This document shows, one piece after another, positions 43,073-54,200 of a stretch of DNA of 64,000 bases. The DNA lies in contig CAWBAT010000007.1 in NCBI GenBank assembly GCA_963786955.1, positions 64,001 through 128,000 on the forward strand, read 5' to 3'. Origin of the DNA: an uncultured Acidimicrobiia bacterium. Its GTDB lineage: Bacteria > Acidobacteriota > Terriglobia > Versatilivoradales > Versatilivoraceae. Position 1 is the stretch's first letter; each line of letters begins with the position of its first letter. The notes below the pieces were generated by a model. That model was not told the origin of the DNA, did no database searches, and was given only the letters and a program-made list of their open reading frames with translations. A program made the translations under genes and the position numbers.

Positions 43073-44908
43073 CTACGGCTCTTCCACCAATAAGACCTGG
43101 TTACAGTGCACGTCTCGATTGACTACTTTCTTGCCATCCGGAAAAACAACCTCGACCCGGTTAGCCGTATCGCCCTGCCCGAGGCCAAAGTGTGCCGTCA
43201 AACTGTTTTGGGAAAGGTAAGATGGCTGGGAGCCAATCTGCTGCATTTGAGTTCTGTCTCCCTGAGTTACTTTCACTATAGTTCCCAATCCGAAAATGTT
43301 TTTCTTGCCCTTAACCTTGATTTGCAGCCAATGTTTCTGGTTGCCTCCATCATTACGAAGCAGCCAGGCCTGCCCGCTGTGATTCACGACCACGACATCG
43401 ATATCCCCGTCGTGGTCAAAATCTGAAAAGGCAGCCCCGCGCCCTACAGTTCGTTGCTGGAAAATCTCTCCCGCAATAGCGCTGACTTCAAAGAATCCTT
43501 CTGTTTCCCCTCTATTCCAGAAAAGCATGTGGCGCATGGGGATCAGTTTATGTTTGTCTTTCTCATCCTGAAACGTGCTTCCGTCGATCACGAGAAGATC
43601 AGGTCGTCCGTCATTATCGTAGTCGAAGAAAGACGTTCCCCATTTGACGTAATCGAGGGAAACTTGGCCCAGCCCCTCTTGATCTGCGATATCCATGAAC
43701 ACCATCTTTCCGGGCGGGGCCCCGCGCGAACCAATGAGCATGTTATTAAACAGCGCGCATTCCTGAGCCAACCAATGGGTGACAAAGATATCGAAGTCGC
43801 CATCCAAGTCCCAGTCTCCGATGGCCAATCCCATGGCCCCGCGGTAATCCGCGACCCAGGCTGAATGAGAAACGTCATCAAATCGGCCGTTTCCGAAATT
43901 ATGGTACATGGCATTATCGGATACATCGTTCGCCACGTAGAGATCGAGCCAGCCGTCCAAATCAAAGTCGCACCAGGCTGCGGAAAGACTGCGGCCCGTC
44001 GGGTTATCCACGCCGGCCTGCTTTGCGATTTCCGTGAATTTCCCCTTCCCATCGTTACGGAATAAGAGGTTCCGTTGGGGAGTATAAGAAGAGGGGTTGA
44101 GGGTGTAGGGAACTTCCGCCTCAAATTGCATGGAGACCTTTGCCGCATCTTCAGTTCGAAATTGATATTGCACATAACCGCAAATGTAAAGGTCGACGTT
44201 CCCATCTCTGTCGTAATCTCCCCAGGATGCTCCTGCCCAGAAGCCTTTGAACTTACTGAAGCCTGAAGTCACACTCACATCAGTAAAAGAACCCTCATGA
44301 TTATTGCGGAAAAGGTAAAGGTCCGGATAAGAGGTGACCACCAAATCCAGCCAGCCGTCGCCGTCGAAATCCCCCCAGGCCGCCCCCATGCCCATGATCC
44401 GAAGGCCCAGGCCCGACGTGTCGGTGATATCCGTGAACGTGCCGTCACCGTTATTCCGATAGAGCCTGCAACGGGCTAGAGATTGATCTCGCTCTGATGC
44501 TGTGAGCGTCAACGGGCCGCTCATATTCACGATAAACAGGTCATCATCCCCGTCATTATCGAAATCCCCCCAAGCGGCACCGGAGCCCATGTCTTCGGGA
44601 ATTTGTGTGGACCGTTCTTTGAAGAAATGCTGGAAGTTAATGCCCGCTTGCTGGCTCGCCTCGACAAAAGTGACTTTCGGGGAATCACTGGGAAGCTTTC
44701 GTTCCAAATCTGCAGTGATGCCTTCTACTCGGATTTCAGGCCTGTAGCGGGCAACCGGACTACGGTGCAGGATGAAGACGACCAGGGTCCCGATAACGAT
44801 CAAACTGAGCAGAGAAGTGCGAAGAAGAAGACGCTGTCGTGGAGTCATTGTGTGTCGTGTTCTAAGCCAGTCGATCCTGATGAGCCAGAAATTTGCAAGG
44901 CAACGCAT
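43073..44908 (-). CDS. CRTAC1-family protein (FG-GAP repeats + ASPIC/UnbV), membrane-anchored; start may be 44848
   Basis: EDMGSGAAWGDFDNDGDDDL, multiple DxDxDG repeats, GRGAAFSDFDHDGDID, SYLSQN...HFGLG. Confidence 0.92.
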   Translation of the reverse strand: MRCLANFWLIRIDWLRTRHTMTPRQRLLLRTSLLSLIVIGTLVVFILHRSPVARYRPEIRVEGITADLERKLPSDSPKVTFVEASQQAGINFQHFFKERSTQIPEDMGSGAAWGDFDNDGDDDLFIVNMSGPLTLTASERDQSLARCRLYRNNGDGTFTDITDTSGLGLRIMGMGAAWGDFDGDGWLDLVVTSYPDLYLFRNNHEGSFTDVSVTSGFSKFKGFWAGASWGDYDRDGNVDLYICGYVQYQFRTEDAAKVSMQFEAEVPYTLNPSSYTPQRNLLFRNDGKGKFTEIAKQAGVDNPTGRSLSAAWCDFDLDGWLDLYVANDVSDNAMYHNFGNGRFDDVSHSAWVADYRGAMGLAIGDWDLDGDFDIFVTHWLAQECALFNNMLIGSRGAPPGKMVFMDIADQEGLGQVSLDYVKWGTSFFDYDNDGRPDLLVIDGSTFQDEKDKHKLIPMRHMLFWNRGETEGFFEVSAIAGEIFQQRTVGRGAAFSDFDHDGDIDVVVVNHSGQAWLLRNDGGNQKHWLQIKVKGKKNIFGLGTIVKVTQGDRTQMQQIGSQPSYLSQNSLTAHFGLGQGDTANRVEVVFPDGKKVVNRDVHCNQVLLVEEP

Positions 44909-44971
44909 TCGCCAGTCCGTAAGTCACTCAACCGGCATGGCTCACCGAATGCAGTACCCTATGCCCATTCC

Positions 44972-47128
44972 TTAAGAAACAACTTGAATGACCGCATTTT
45001 GTTCATGCATGTCCGTCACAGGGGATGTGAGGAACTGACCTTCAAACTCGTTGAAGAAGCCGACACTACGGATAAAATTGAGCAGGAACTGGTCGACTTT
45101 ACGATAGCGTAACTTTGCCGTGATAGTCAGCAGGCCATGTTTAGGCGCCTTAAAAGCAAATTCACTTTCCGAAGGAGTTCTCTTGTGCTTTGTGAGAAAC
45201 AGTTCAGGGCAAAGGAACGAAAATTCTGCCGTATCCGAGAAACCCGGAAAGAGTGACCGCCTATTGCGAACGCCCACCATTTCCCAAAGATTGTGGCGGT
45301 CAATCAGATTCCCATACTGATCGACGGGTTCAGCCTTGAAGAGAAACGTACCCGGCTTGATGAATCCTTTTTCATCCACGGTTCCTGTCTCATATACGAC
45401 TTTTCCGTTTTCGTCTTTCGCGATCAGTTCAATCCACGCCTGGATAATGTCAAGAGGGCCCGTGGGGAAATCATGACCGACTTTGTTCGAGGTAATGACA
45501 CACTTCATCTTAATTTCTTCTCCTGGCTGGACTTGCTGGGGAGTAATGAGTTGGATCGAAACGGCCGGGATGTCTGTTTTGTGCCATTTATCTTCAATTT
45601 CCGGAATGCGGAAATGTCCTTGGAGCCAATCCTTGGTCAACTGAATTTGTTTGTCCGAACCAGGAAGTTTCAGCAGTAGCGGCATGAGCTGATTGGCACC
45701 AATAAACCGGTGAGAGCGGTGCATGCCGTCACTGAGAGTGCGATTATAGTCGGCAGAATCACCGGCAGCCGGGTCTGTCGACTTCACCAGAGGCATATGG
45801 CATTCGCGGCATTCAATGGTTCGCTGGGCTTGTTTGAGGTCTCTGGCCCATTTGCTCATGCGCCAATTGTCATACTGGTTTTGCAATTGGACCCAGCCGA
45901 TTTTATTGATCTCTTCATCGACAAATTGCTTATGACAGGCGGCGCAATATTCGGGTTTCTTATACATCATTTTGGAGAGTCCCATGACGTGCTCTCGCGG
46001 GTAGGAGCGGATGAGGAAATCCCGCACATACCGCCAGCTGGCTTTATGGGTTTCGTCATATTCGAGTTCACCGATGTAGCGCGGTGGAGCTTGAACGGTG
46101 TAATAGGCATTCCCCTTGACGTCGGTTTCCCTCACCGAATGACAGGACAGACAAGAGATTCCCTCGCGATAGCCATGGAGCGCAGTGAGTTGTGTCTCGT
46201 CAGCGGAGATATTCTTCGTCCCGGAGAAAAGCGAAATAGGGTCGTGGCAACCGCCACAATAGCGGGTTGAAGTGGGACCGTTTTGTTTGGCCATCGTCAA
46301 CTGGATCGCCTGAAACCCTTTGTCCATGGCAGAATACCGGTGAGCCGAAGGGATCCACTCCTGGAGAATCTGTTCGTGACAGCCACTTGTTCCGCAACCC
46401 TCCGAGCCCGACAACAGTTTGACGTCAAGCGGTTGGTTATCTTTGGTTCTCGCCAGGCTGGGCGCAAAGGGTCGATTTTTCCCATAGATGGGGTTATGCG
46501 GCTCCCATAAATCGTAATCGGCAGGAAACTCCGTCATCAGTTTGGGTGGCATATAGGCAAACGAGGCAAGACCGATGATCGCAAAAAACAAGACCGTCAA
46601 GCCGACTGCGGATAAACCCAATCTTTTTGCTGCGCTCCAAATGGGAGCGACGGCTTCGGTAGCTCTGGCTCTGGCGTCGCGGACCAGGATGAAGGCGAGG
46701 TGAGAAATCAAGAAGGCCAACAGGGCAATCGTGGTCCAGTCATGGACGGAGCGCCAGAAATAACCGATCTTGGTTCCAAACAAGGACTCGTAGGTCAGTA
46801 CCAATCCTGAGGCCAACGAGGGGATAAGGATAAAGACAGTTAAATAGCCCAGTAGTTTCGTTTGCGTAAGAACGTGCTCTCGATAGAGCAACCAGTGTCG
46901 AATGGCGTACCAGGCAACCGGGACCAATAAAATCAGCCCTAAAACGGTGTGGATCAGAACATTGAGTTGATTGAATCGGCTGAAAGGCAAGAGCCAAATC
47001 ATTAAGCCGCTAAGAGAGAGGAAGATTAAAGCCCCTAAACTCCAGGCGGTAAGCCTGGACTTCCACTCCGCCAACCGGTCCACGTGCTTGACAACTGGAC
47101 TTGTTCCATCATTGATATTGATATTCAT
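44972..47128 (-). CDS. Membrane-anchored multiheme c-type cytochrome (c554/c552-like), five heme motifs
   Basis: CGTSGCH (CX4CH), CGGCH, CLSCH, CAACH, CRECH; about five N-terminal TM helices with His residues; GHDFPTG C-terminal domain. Confidence 0.88.
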   Translation of the reverse strand: MNININDGTSPVVKHVDRLAEWKSRLTAWSLGALIFLSLSGLMIWLLPFSRFNQLNVLIHTVLGLILLVPVAWYAIRHWLLYREHVLTQTKLLGYLTVFILIPSLASGLVLTYESLFGTKIGYFWRSVHDWTTIALLAFLISHLAFILVRDARARATEAVAPIWSAAKRLGLSAVGLTVLFFAIIGLASFAYMPPKLMTEFPADYDLWEPHNPIYGKNRPFAPSLARTKDNQPLDVKLLSGSEGCGTSGCHEQILQEWIPSAHRYSAMDKGFQAIQLTMAKQNGPTSTRYCGGCHDPISLFSGTKNISADETQLTALHGYREGISCLSCHSVRETDVKGNAYYTVQAPPRYIGELEYDETHKASWRYVRDFLIRSYPREHVMGLSKMMYKKPEYCAACHKQFVDEEINKIGWVQLQNQYDNWRMSKWARDLKQAQRTIECRECHMPLVKSTDPAAGDSADYNRTLSDGMHRSHRFIGANQLMPLLLKLPGSDKQIQLTKDWLQGHFRIPEIEDKWHKTDIPAVSIQLITPQQVQPGEEIKMKCVITSNKVGHDFPTGPLDIIQAWIELIAKDENGKVVYETGTVDEKGFIKPGTFLFKAEPVDQYGNLIDRHNLWEMVGVRNRRSLFPGFSDTAEFSFLCPELFLTKHKRTPSESEFAFKAPKHGLLTITAKLRYRKVDQFLLNFIRSVGFFNEFEGQFLTSPVTDMHEQNAVIQVVS

Positions 47129-47300
47129 TGCACAATACCTCCCCAATGCTTCGTATGATAATTTTTTCTACTGATCATCAATTGGGCGGGAACTCCGGAC
47201 TCCCCTTCCGCCCGGAGGAATGAACGATGGCCTATAATCCTGGAACTGCGTTCAGGTTAAGCGGTTCATTCGGACGTTGTGTCATTGTTTTGTAAATAAT

Positions 47301-50300
47301 TCACTTTGCTCCTGAAATTGAGATTGTGTTTAGTTGAGTGACTTCCGGCTTTGTCTCGCAGACAATGGTTTCATCGAAGTAAGGAATGATTGAAACTGGC
47401 CCTTCCAGTCCATCAAGGTCGATTTTGGCAAGGTTTTTGTGAGAGGGACCAACCGCCCGGCGGTTTGCCTCCGTGTTGGTCACAAGGATTTTCAGCTGGT
47501 TAGGTCCCGGTTTTAAACTCTGGCTAATGTCAAAACGATAGGGACGCCAGACTGCTGTCCCTATTTTGACATCATTGAGGTAAACCTCCGCCACCGAACT
47601 GACGCGACCCAAATCCAGCATCAACCGCTGCCCTTGATAAGAACTCGGAAGTGAAACTTGCGTTTCGTATATTCCCGTCCCGGAAAAGTTGGCCAGACCC
47701 ACAGCCGTCCATGGCTTCAATGAAAAAGGTGTAAATCCAGTTTGAAATTCGAGAGGTGCAGTGAGCCGGTCTCGTCTTTGTGCGCAGATGGCCAGAATGT
47801 TTCTCCCCAAATCCAAATGCTTGCGAAGATCGATTATTTGACCCATGGAGCGAGGAAGTTCAACACCATTGATGTAAAGACGATAAGTTCTGGCGAGGGG
47901 CAGGGGATTAAGGGAAACGCAGCCCGGTGGAACCTCAAGACGATACCAACGGTATCCCGAACTAGCGGGCGTAGGACCCTTAATTTCTATCGGGGTTAGG
48001 CTGCTGACGATGTCATGGAGTGTGTTCCCGGATGAATCGGCGACACGCAAGGTAAAACCGTAAAGGCTGCTACCGGTAGCTTTCCCAAGACCTACCTTCA
48101 CCAGCACCTGATTCCAACCCGCTTGAAGCTCGACTGGAATGGGGTTGGCCCAATTTTCGTTAAATTCATACCAGAAAGGATGTCGCAGGTTTTGGAAAAC
48201 GAGCGTTTGGTTAAGCCACAGGCTCGCATTGTTATCCGCACCCAAGATCAATTGGGCGTTTTGGGTCTTCGGAGAGTATAGGTAAGTATGAGCATAGCTC
48301 GCGATCCACGTCTTCCCTTGCGTCGATAGGATGCGATCGAATTGAACGATATGCGCATTGTCATCGAAAGCTCCGTTCTTGACTTCGACCCACCCAAAGC
48401 CCAGTTTGAGATTTGGCTCATCACCCGAATACTGCTTCCAATGAAGCACCTCCCCATCCACGCCAGTAAATTCCTGACCGGCATCGAAGCTTTGTTCAGG
48501 CGGCAACGTATTCAAAGATGCGCTATCGTCTTTGTTGGGAAAAGGCCCAACGAGATTCCAATTCCGGATGGTGTCCTGTGACTTTGAAAGCCAAAGAGAG
48601 GGCCAGTCTGTATCGTCAAAATCTTTTTGAGCCCAGCCACTCGCCAAGCCACTCTCTTTCGTGGAGTCCATGATTTTTGCATACGGGATAGAGACCTCTT
48701 CTGGTTGTGGGCGGAATTGCCAATCATTCTCCAAGGCCACCGGACTCAAGGGAGATGGACTTGTCTTTCCTTGGTAAATTTGCCCAGCCTGGCGGAGCAC
48801 GACTTCAGTTCCAATCCGATTGGCGGGGGCAACGACGTGGACATGGATCGAATGGTCGTCTCGTGAAACAACTTCAAGGCTATCGGCGTTGGTCCTGACC
48901 AATTCAACTTCCTGGCGGGCCTTTGTCAAGGGACGAAAAACGACGTAATACGCGTCCCAGGGAGCAAATGTCAGTCGTACTTCTGTGCCGTTTGGCCGGT
49001 TAATATAGAAAAGCGGGGTGCGTTCCCCTGTCAAAGCGTCCCATTTCTCGGGTACACCCAGCTGAGAAAACAGGACCCGATTGACTCGCGATCGCTCCGT
49101 GTCATTGACGATCCAATAGTAGTGTTGCCCAAATTTGTGTCGATGTTGATAAGGCAAATGGGTCTCAGGGCCTTCCATGACCCGAACATCCTTGGCGAGA
49201 TGGACATCCAACCGCTCAATTAACGTGTCTACTTGATAATTAACAAAGCAGGTCTTCCCGCCACCCGTGCTCTGTCTTTCGACAAAAGCCCCAACATGAC
49301 GACCCTGTTCAGGTCCAAAGAGCTGGGCAATACCTTCTTTGATTATCACGTCATTTCCTCCGGCTTCGCGCGAAGAGTCCGGGAGGATGTGGATGGCAAA
49401 GACCGTCCCACCCGCTTGGTAGAACTCAATCAACTTCTTCAACGTGGAGCGCCGTAGCGTTGTGAGAGGAGGCAGCACTACAGCCTTGAACCGTTGAGGG
49501 CCAATAACCAGTTCACTGCCTTCGACCTTTGCCTTCTCCAAATAATCATCGTCGGCAATCGCATGATCCCATTGATGATCTACCAACTCTAAGATGAGCC
49601 GGGCGTAATAGTCATCGATCGAAGTCGTCACGTTCCTCCAGGCTTTGGGATCGTAAACTTGTTGGTATGCTACTTCTCCCGAGAACACGGGGTCCATATG
49701 GGCCCAAATTGAGGTCATGGGATAGTAGAGTAGGATGGGTGCCACGTGGCGGCTCTCGCCATTCATGAAGCTGAGACGCCGCACATAATCTGCGTAGTAA
49801 TGGAAATAGGGCCAGTAGGGCTGATTGATCCAATCTGGTGGAAGGTTGGCCTGCGCGGCATCATAGTTAAAAGCGTGAGGAACGAATAGATCGACTCCCC
49901 AAGTCGCAATGGCGTTGGTGACTTGGCGAATGCCTTCCAGGTCCAGATACGAATCGGTACCATGGAGACCCTCATGCTCGCAGAGAAAACGACGTCCCTC
50001 AAAATCTGCTACCGACTGGGCTACCTTGAAGCACAATGCCTGCCTACCAGAGTCTTTCAAGGAATCCACACCGACGGGATTGAGTCCTCGCTCGACGGCG
50101 AATTGGCTGCCTTCGAGCGCCGCGCCAAACTGCAAGGTTTCTTCCCAGCCGTGACCCGTTCGTCCGATGCCCAGCTCCTGAGCGGCGTTCGTGATTCCAT
50201 TCCAAAAGGCTTCAGAATAAAGCTGCGTGACGGTGTCCAAATAATCACAGCGCGCCTTGATTGAGAAGTCCCCTCCATCAAAAATGAGCAATGGCAAGAC

Positions 50301-51206
50301 TTTTCGCAAATCATATTGTTTGCGCGTTTGGAACTCTTGAAAAAGTCGTGGAGTCCATGCAATGCGAAAACCATAGTCTCCTTCGTGGTCCGCAAAACCA
50401 AAGTGAACGGTGTTTCCAAAATAAGACCCAAAGCGGCGGTGGAATTCGCCATACGTCAAATCAAAAAATAGTTTCATGGCATCCGGATTCAGCAGATCGA
50501 CCTGACCCCCATCAAATCCCATGGAGGGTTCGAGGAAGAAGGAAACTACAATCCAGTCTCCCTCAGGCACGGTCCAATTCAAGGATTGAGCGGATCCCTC
50601 CGTCGCTAGAACCCGGAGACTTTGTCCGTCAATTTGCTTACTCCCTTTCCAACGAGCAGCAACAACCGCTTGCATGGCTGGAGAAGAAGGGATCGTTACG
50701 GCACGGGGGCCTTTGAAAAGTTCTGTCTTGAAGGCAAGGCTCTTCATTCGATACTCGGGCTTCCTGGAGAGGACTTCGCTGTGTTGATTTCCAGGCATCC
50801 AGATGTTGCGAGCTTCTCCAGAGGGCCAGGCATATTCATCCACAAAATTAAAACTAAAACCTGAACGCTTGGATTCTTCGAGTCCAGCCCCAATCGCTTG
50901 CCACCATTCCTCAGAGAGATAGGGGGTTTCGAGTCTATTGAACCCATAGAGGAATGCCCCGTAGACATGCTCGCCCACCATTTTCCGGATCTGCGCTTGA
51001 ATCTTGGGTCCTTCCATTTTGCCGTTCCAGAACCAGAATGGCATGGGGGAATAGGCGTGCGGGGGATCTTGAAAACCTTGATAAAGCTCGCCGGAGCGGG
51101 CCTCGGCGTCTTTTGAAAGCAGCTGGGCATAGAAAACAGTCAGAAAGAAAAATATGCCCAGGATAGGAGGGAGAAAGCATCGGCAGAAATCGGGTTGTTT
51201 CTTCAT
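47301..51206 (-). CDS. Large secreted glycoside hydrolase, GH106 (alpha-L-rhamnosidase)-like with GH2-type C-terminal sugar-binding domain
   Basis: FQDPP...PMPFWFWNG, DEYAWPSG, LDLGRVSSVAEVYLN...PYRFDI. Confidence 0.78.
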   Translation of the reverse strand: MKKQPDFCRCFLPPILGIFFFLTVFYAQLLSKDAEARSGELYQGFQDPPHAYSPMPFWFWNGKMEGPKIQAQIRKMVGEHVYGAFLYGFNRLETPYLSEEWWQAIGAGLEESKRSGFSFNFVDEYAWPSGEARNIWMPGNQHSEVLSRKPEYRMKSLAFKTELFKGPRAVTIPSSPAMQAVVAARWKGSKQIDGQSLRVLATEGSAQSLNWTVPEGDWIVVSFFLEPSMGFDGGQVDLLNPDAMKLFFDLTYGEFHRRFGSYFGNTVHFGFADHEGDYGFRIAWTPRLFQEFQTRKQYDLRKVLPLLIFDGGDFSIKARCDYLDTVTQLYSEAFWNGITNAAQELGIGRTGHGWEETLQFGAALEGSQFAVERGLNPVGVDSLKDSGRQALCFKVAQSVADFEGRRFLCEHEGLHGTDSYLDLEGIRQVTNAIATWGVDLFVPHAFNYDAAQANLPPDWINQPYWPYFHYYADYVRRLSFMNGESRHVAPILLYYPMTSIWAHMDPVFSGEVAYQQVYDPKAWRNVTTSIDDYYARLILELVDHQWDHAIADDDYLEKAKVEGSELVIGPQRFKAVVLPPLTTLRRSTLKKLIEFYQAGGTVFAIHILPDSSREAGGNDVIIKEGIAQLFGPEQGRHVGAFVERQSTGGGKTCFVNYQVDTLIERLDVHLAKDVRVMEGPETHLPYQHRHKFGQHYYWIVNDTERSRVNRVLFSQLGVPEKWDALTGERTPLFYINRPNGTEVRLTFAPWDAYYVVFRPLTKARQEVELVRTNADSLEVVSRDDHSIHVHVVAPANRIGTEVVLRQAGQIYQGKTSPSPLSPVALENDWQFRPQPEEVSIPYAKIMDSTKESGLASGWAQKDFDDTDWPSLWLSKSQDTIRNWNLVGPFPNKDDSASLNTLPPEQSFDAGQEFTGVDGEVLHWKQYSGDEPNLKLGFGWVEVKNGAFDDNAHIVQFDRILSTQGKTWIASYAHTYLYSPKTQNAQLILGADNNASLWLNQTLVFQNLRHPFWYEFNENWANPIPVELQAGWNQVLVKVGLGKATGSSLYGFTLRVADSSGNTLHDIVSSLTPIEIKGPTPASSGYRWYRLEVPPGCVSLNPLPLARTYRLYINGVELPRSMGQIIDLRKHLDLGRNILAICAQRRDRLTAPLEFQTGFTPFSLKPWTAVGLANFSGTGIYETQVSLPSSYQGQRLMLDLGRVSSVAEVYLNDVKIGTAVWRPYRFDISQSLKPGPNQLKILVTNTEANRRAVGPSHKNLAKIDLDGLEGPVSIIPYFDETIVCETKPEVTQLNTISISGAK

Positions 51207-54200
51207 TTCCTCTGCGCTCCGTCGGCTCTAAGCCGCAACGTCACGTAGGCGTTTGCCTTGTAAGGAAACCGGACCGTATTCGCTGTTGAGAGCAATTGTT
51301 CTTTGTTCACTTCGACGCCGTTGCAGAGATAGGCCTCGTTCACACGGATCGTGGGCAATGAAAGTTCAGCCTGGCCGGATTTTCCCGCTGTTTCCCGGAA
51401 ACGGAAAATATAGCCATCTCCATCTTCAGCCGCTTTTATGACCACCAGCTGCAGATTTTCCGATTCTTGTCGCATGAATGATCCAGAAGTCGCGGAGACT
51501 GGCCGGTCCGTGTTTTCCACGTTTGCAGAGAAGGTTGAGAGGAGAGGATAGGCGAGTACCGGAGTGCGGGTGTCGGCGTCAAATCGGGATAACTGCTCTC
51601 GTGCAATGGACGACCCGCTGGTGAGGGAATACCGAAACTGAAAATCCCCGCCCTGAGCGGCTTTATAATTCGTGAACCAATAGTTATTCATCACGTAAGA
51701 AAAGACGTGACCATTATTGATCTCAAGTTGCTTCGGCCACTTTCCACGGTTGATGTCTGTGAGAGTGATGAGCGGCGCATCCGGCGTGGACCAGGCAATA
51801 GAATAGTCACCATCTTTAACATGAACCAGGTTTTGAGTGGTGAACCACTCCCGGCAGGCCCCGGGAAGTTGATCCTCATTGGGTCTGACCCAACCATTTT
51901 GGATTTGGTATTCGAAGAATGGTTTTCCAGATGAGAATGGATACGCAAAGTAAATAGCTTCCTTTGCCCTTGTTTCAGTCCGTGTGACCACATTACTAAT
52001 ATCTACTCGCTTGATGGCATCGTAAACGATGTACTCGGTTCGAAGGTGGGGCGTATTCTTGGCACTTGTTTCCACGACCAAGCGCTGCCCGAACGGAGTC
52101 TTTGTAATCTCGAGAACTTCGGCAGAAGTAGGAGAATCAATCGCCAGATTAGCAATTGCCCTGCCATAAACGTTGTCGATGAGACGAGTATCCTGCCCTC
52201 CGCTAACATAAAGGTACTGGTTTAATCCATAAGCCGCTGAGGAATCCACCATCTCCCTGTTTGCTGCTTTATCGAAAAGACTCTTGATGCTGCCATTGCG
52301 GTTATCGACAGTGAGTCGATAGTAGGGGCTCTCGATCGTATTTCCCGTGAGTTTCAGGTTCTCCGCACTTGTCGGGGGCACTTTCTCGAGACTGCGTAGT
52401 GCATAACCTTTGTAACCGAAGGCTGGAACATCAACTGCCATGAAACGGACCTTGCGCCATCCGTCTTTCTCAAATACGACATCCAAGGGGATTGGTTGCT
52501 GGGTGGCAAGGTCGACCACATAGCGTGCTTTATCCAGCTCGACTTCGACGGGGGCAGAGCGTTTCTCATTGTGCAAATTAAACGCAAAGATTGTGTCGCC
52601 CTCCACGGCCATTTGCTGGCACAAGCGGTTCAGCGATCGAGCCAGAAGATTTCTGGCGTCCAGGTTGGCCCGCGTGGCATAGGTTTCTTTGATCTCCCAT
52701 TGGCGAGTAACAAACTCCCGATCCGGTTGCAGGATACTCGAGTAGGCACCCCAGGTGTGCTCATCATAAAACATCACATTCTTCCAGGCTGCGCGGAAAT
52801 CTTCAGCCGGATAACGGAACCGGGGTTCAAAAAGCGTAGCCAGCCCCGATAATGTTTCAGCAAGAGGCAGAATCTGCTGGGAATGGCGGTTTAATGTAGT
52901 CGCCTTAGCGGTTGAGGCTGCTCCATCTTCCCAGTAGGCACCGGCATCTCCCCGATAGACCTTTAAGCGGTCGGGATAGTGCTTTTGAATGTATTGGAAG
53001 TAGTCGGCGTCGGTGGCTACTACCAGCTTTGGGTATTGGAATTCACGGTTCCACTGCTCGATGAGGGGCGCTTCGGCTGTTTTTGGAATGGCCGCGTTAT
53101 CGACATAGGCCCCATAGACCATAACGGCGTCCAAAGGGTAATCCTCTCGCAAATACCTCAGAAGGAACTGAGGAACACTGGTCTTCAAGTATTCATAACT
53201 GGCAACGGCCTCCAGATAACCAGGCCCCGTGAGCCTTTTCCACTGCGAATAACTGCGCGCATACCACATCATGATTCGCTCCCCATTCATGCCTTCCCAG
53301 TAAAAGGGGGAGTCCTCATTCAGGCTGCTGAGCTGCAGTATGGGCGCCCGAGTCTGATTGCTTCCGTTCGAAAACGCCTTGATGCCAACATCGTTCAGCA
53401 ACGTAGGCAAGAACCAGCTATGCGAGGGCGCATCGGTCAAACACGCGAAATCGAAATTACTGCCATGTTCCCGATGGAGAGACTGCGTGAAATACATGGC
53501 CCGGTACAACTCTTCACCGGAACAAATCCCTGTCATGAGATTCAGATAGAAGGCATTGATGGCGGCGCGACCTTTCGCCGCCCAGTTCAAGAACAACTTC
53601 CGGTACTGCGGGGGGCGCGTGTCAAGGTAGTTGTCGACCAGCCAGGCTGTCTCAAAATTGAATTTGAAGAAGGGGAATTTCTCCAGAATATCTAACACCG
53701 TATCGGTGTTCCGGGTGTCCAGTTCGTTGACGTGAGGTTGGACATCGGTGTACCCGACGTCATTATGAACCTTCGGGCAAATATAAACTTTCCATTGTTT
53801 GGCCGGGGTAAATGAATGAGAGGCCTGCTGAGATTTGCCATCGAGCTCAATTTTGATTTCTGCGCTGGCGGGCTGATACAAGGCCGGAACTTCCAGGTTC
53901 TCAATAACGACACCAAAATCATCGCCAGGCGGAGTCAATTGTTGCTGAAGCCGGACCTCTCCCAATTGGACCGTGGCAGTCCCCTTTTTGAAAGGCCTGT
54001 CAAAGGGAATCCGTAACTTGCATACCTCAAAGAGATTCCCACCCTTTTCACGATAAAACACGGTGGGTTCCAGGCTGATCCCACTGACTTTTTCAATCCC
54101 ATCGGACGTGGCTTTTCGAAGCGCCAAAGCGTCGTAATCCAATGACCCAATCCCAACAGGAATCAGAGTAATCTGATTCGACTTGGGATTCAGCCAGCTT

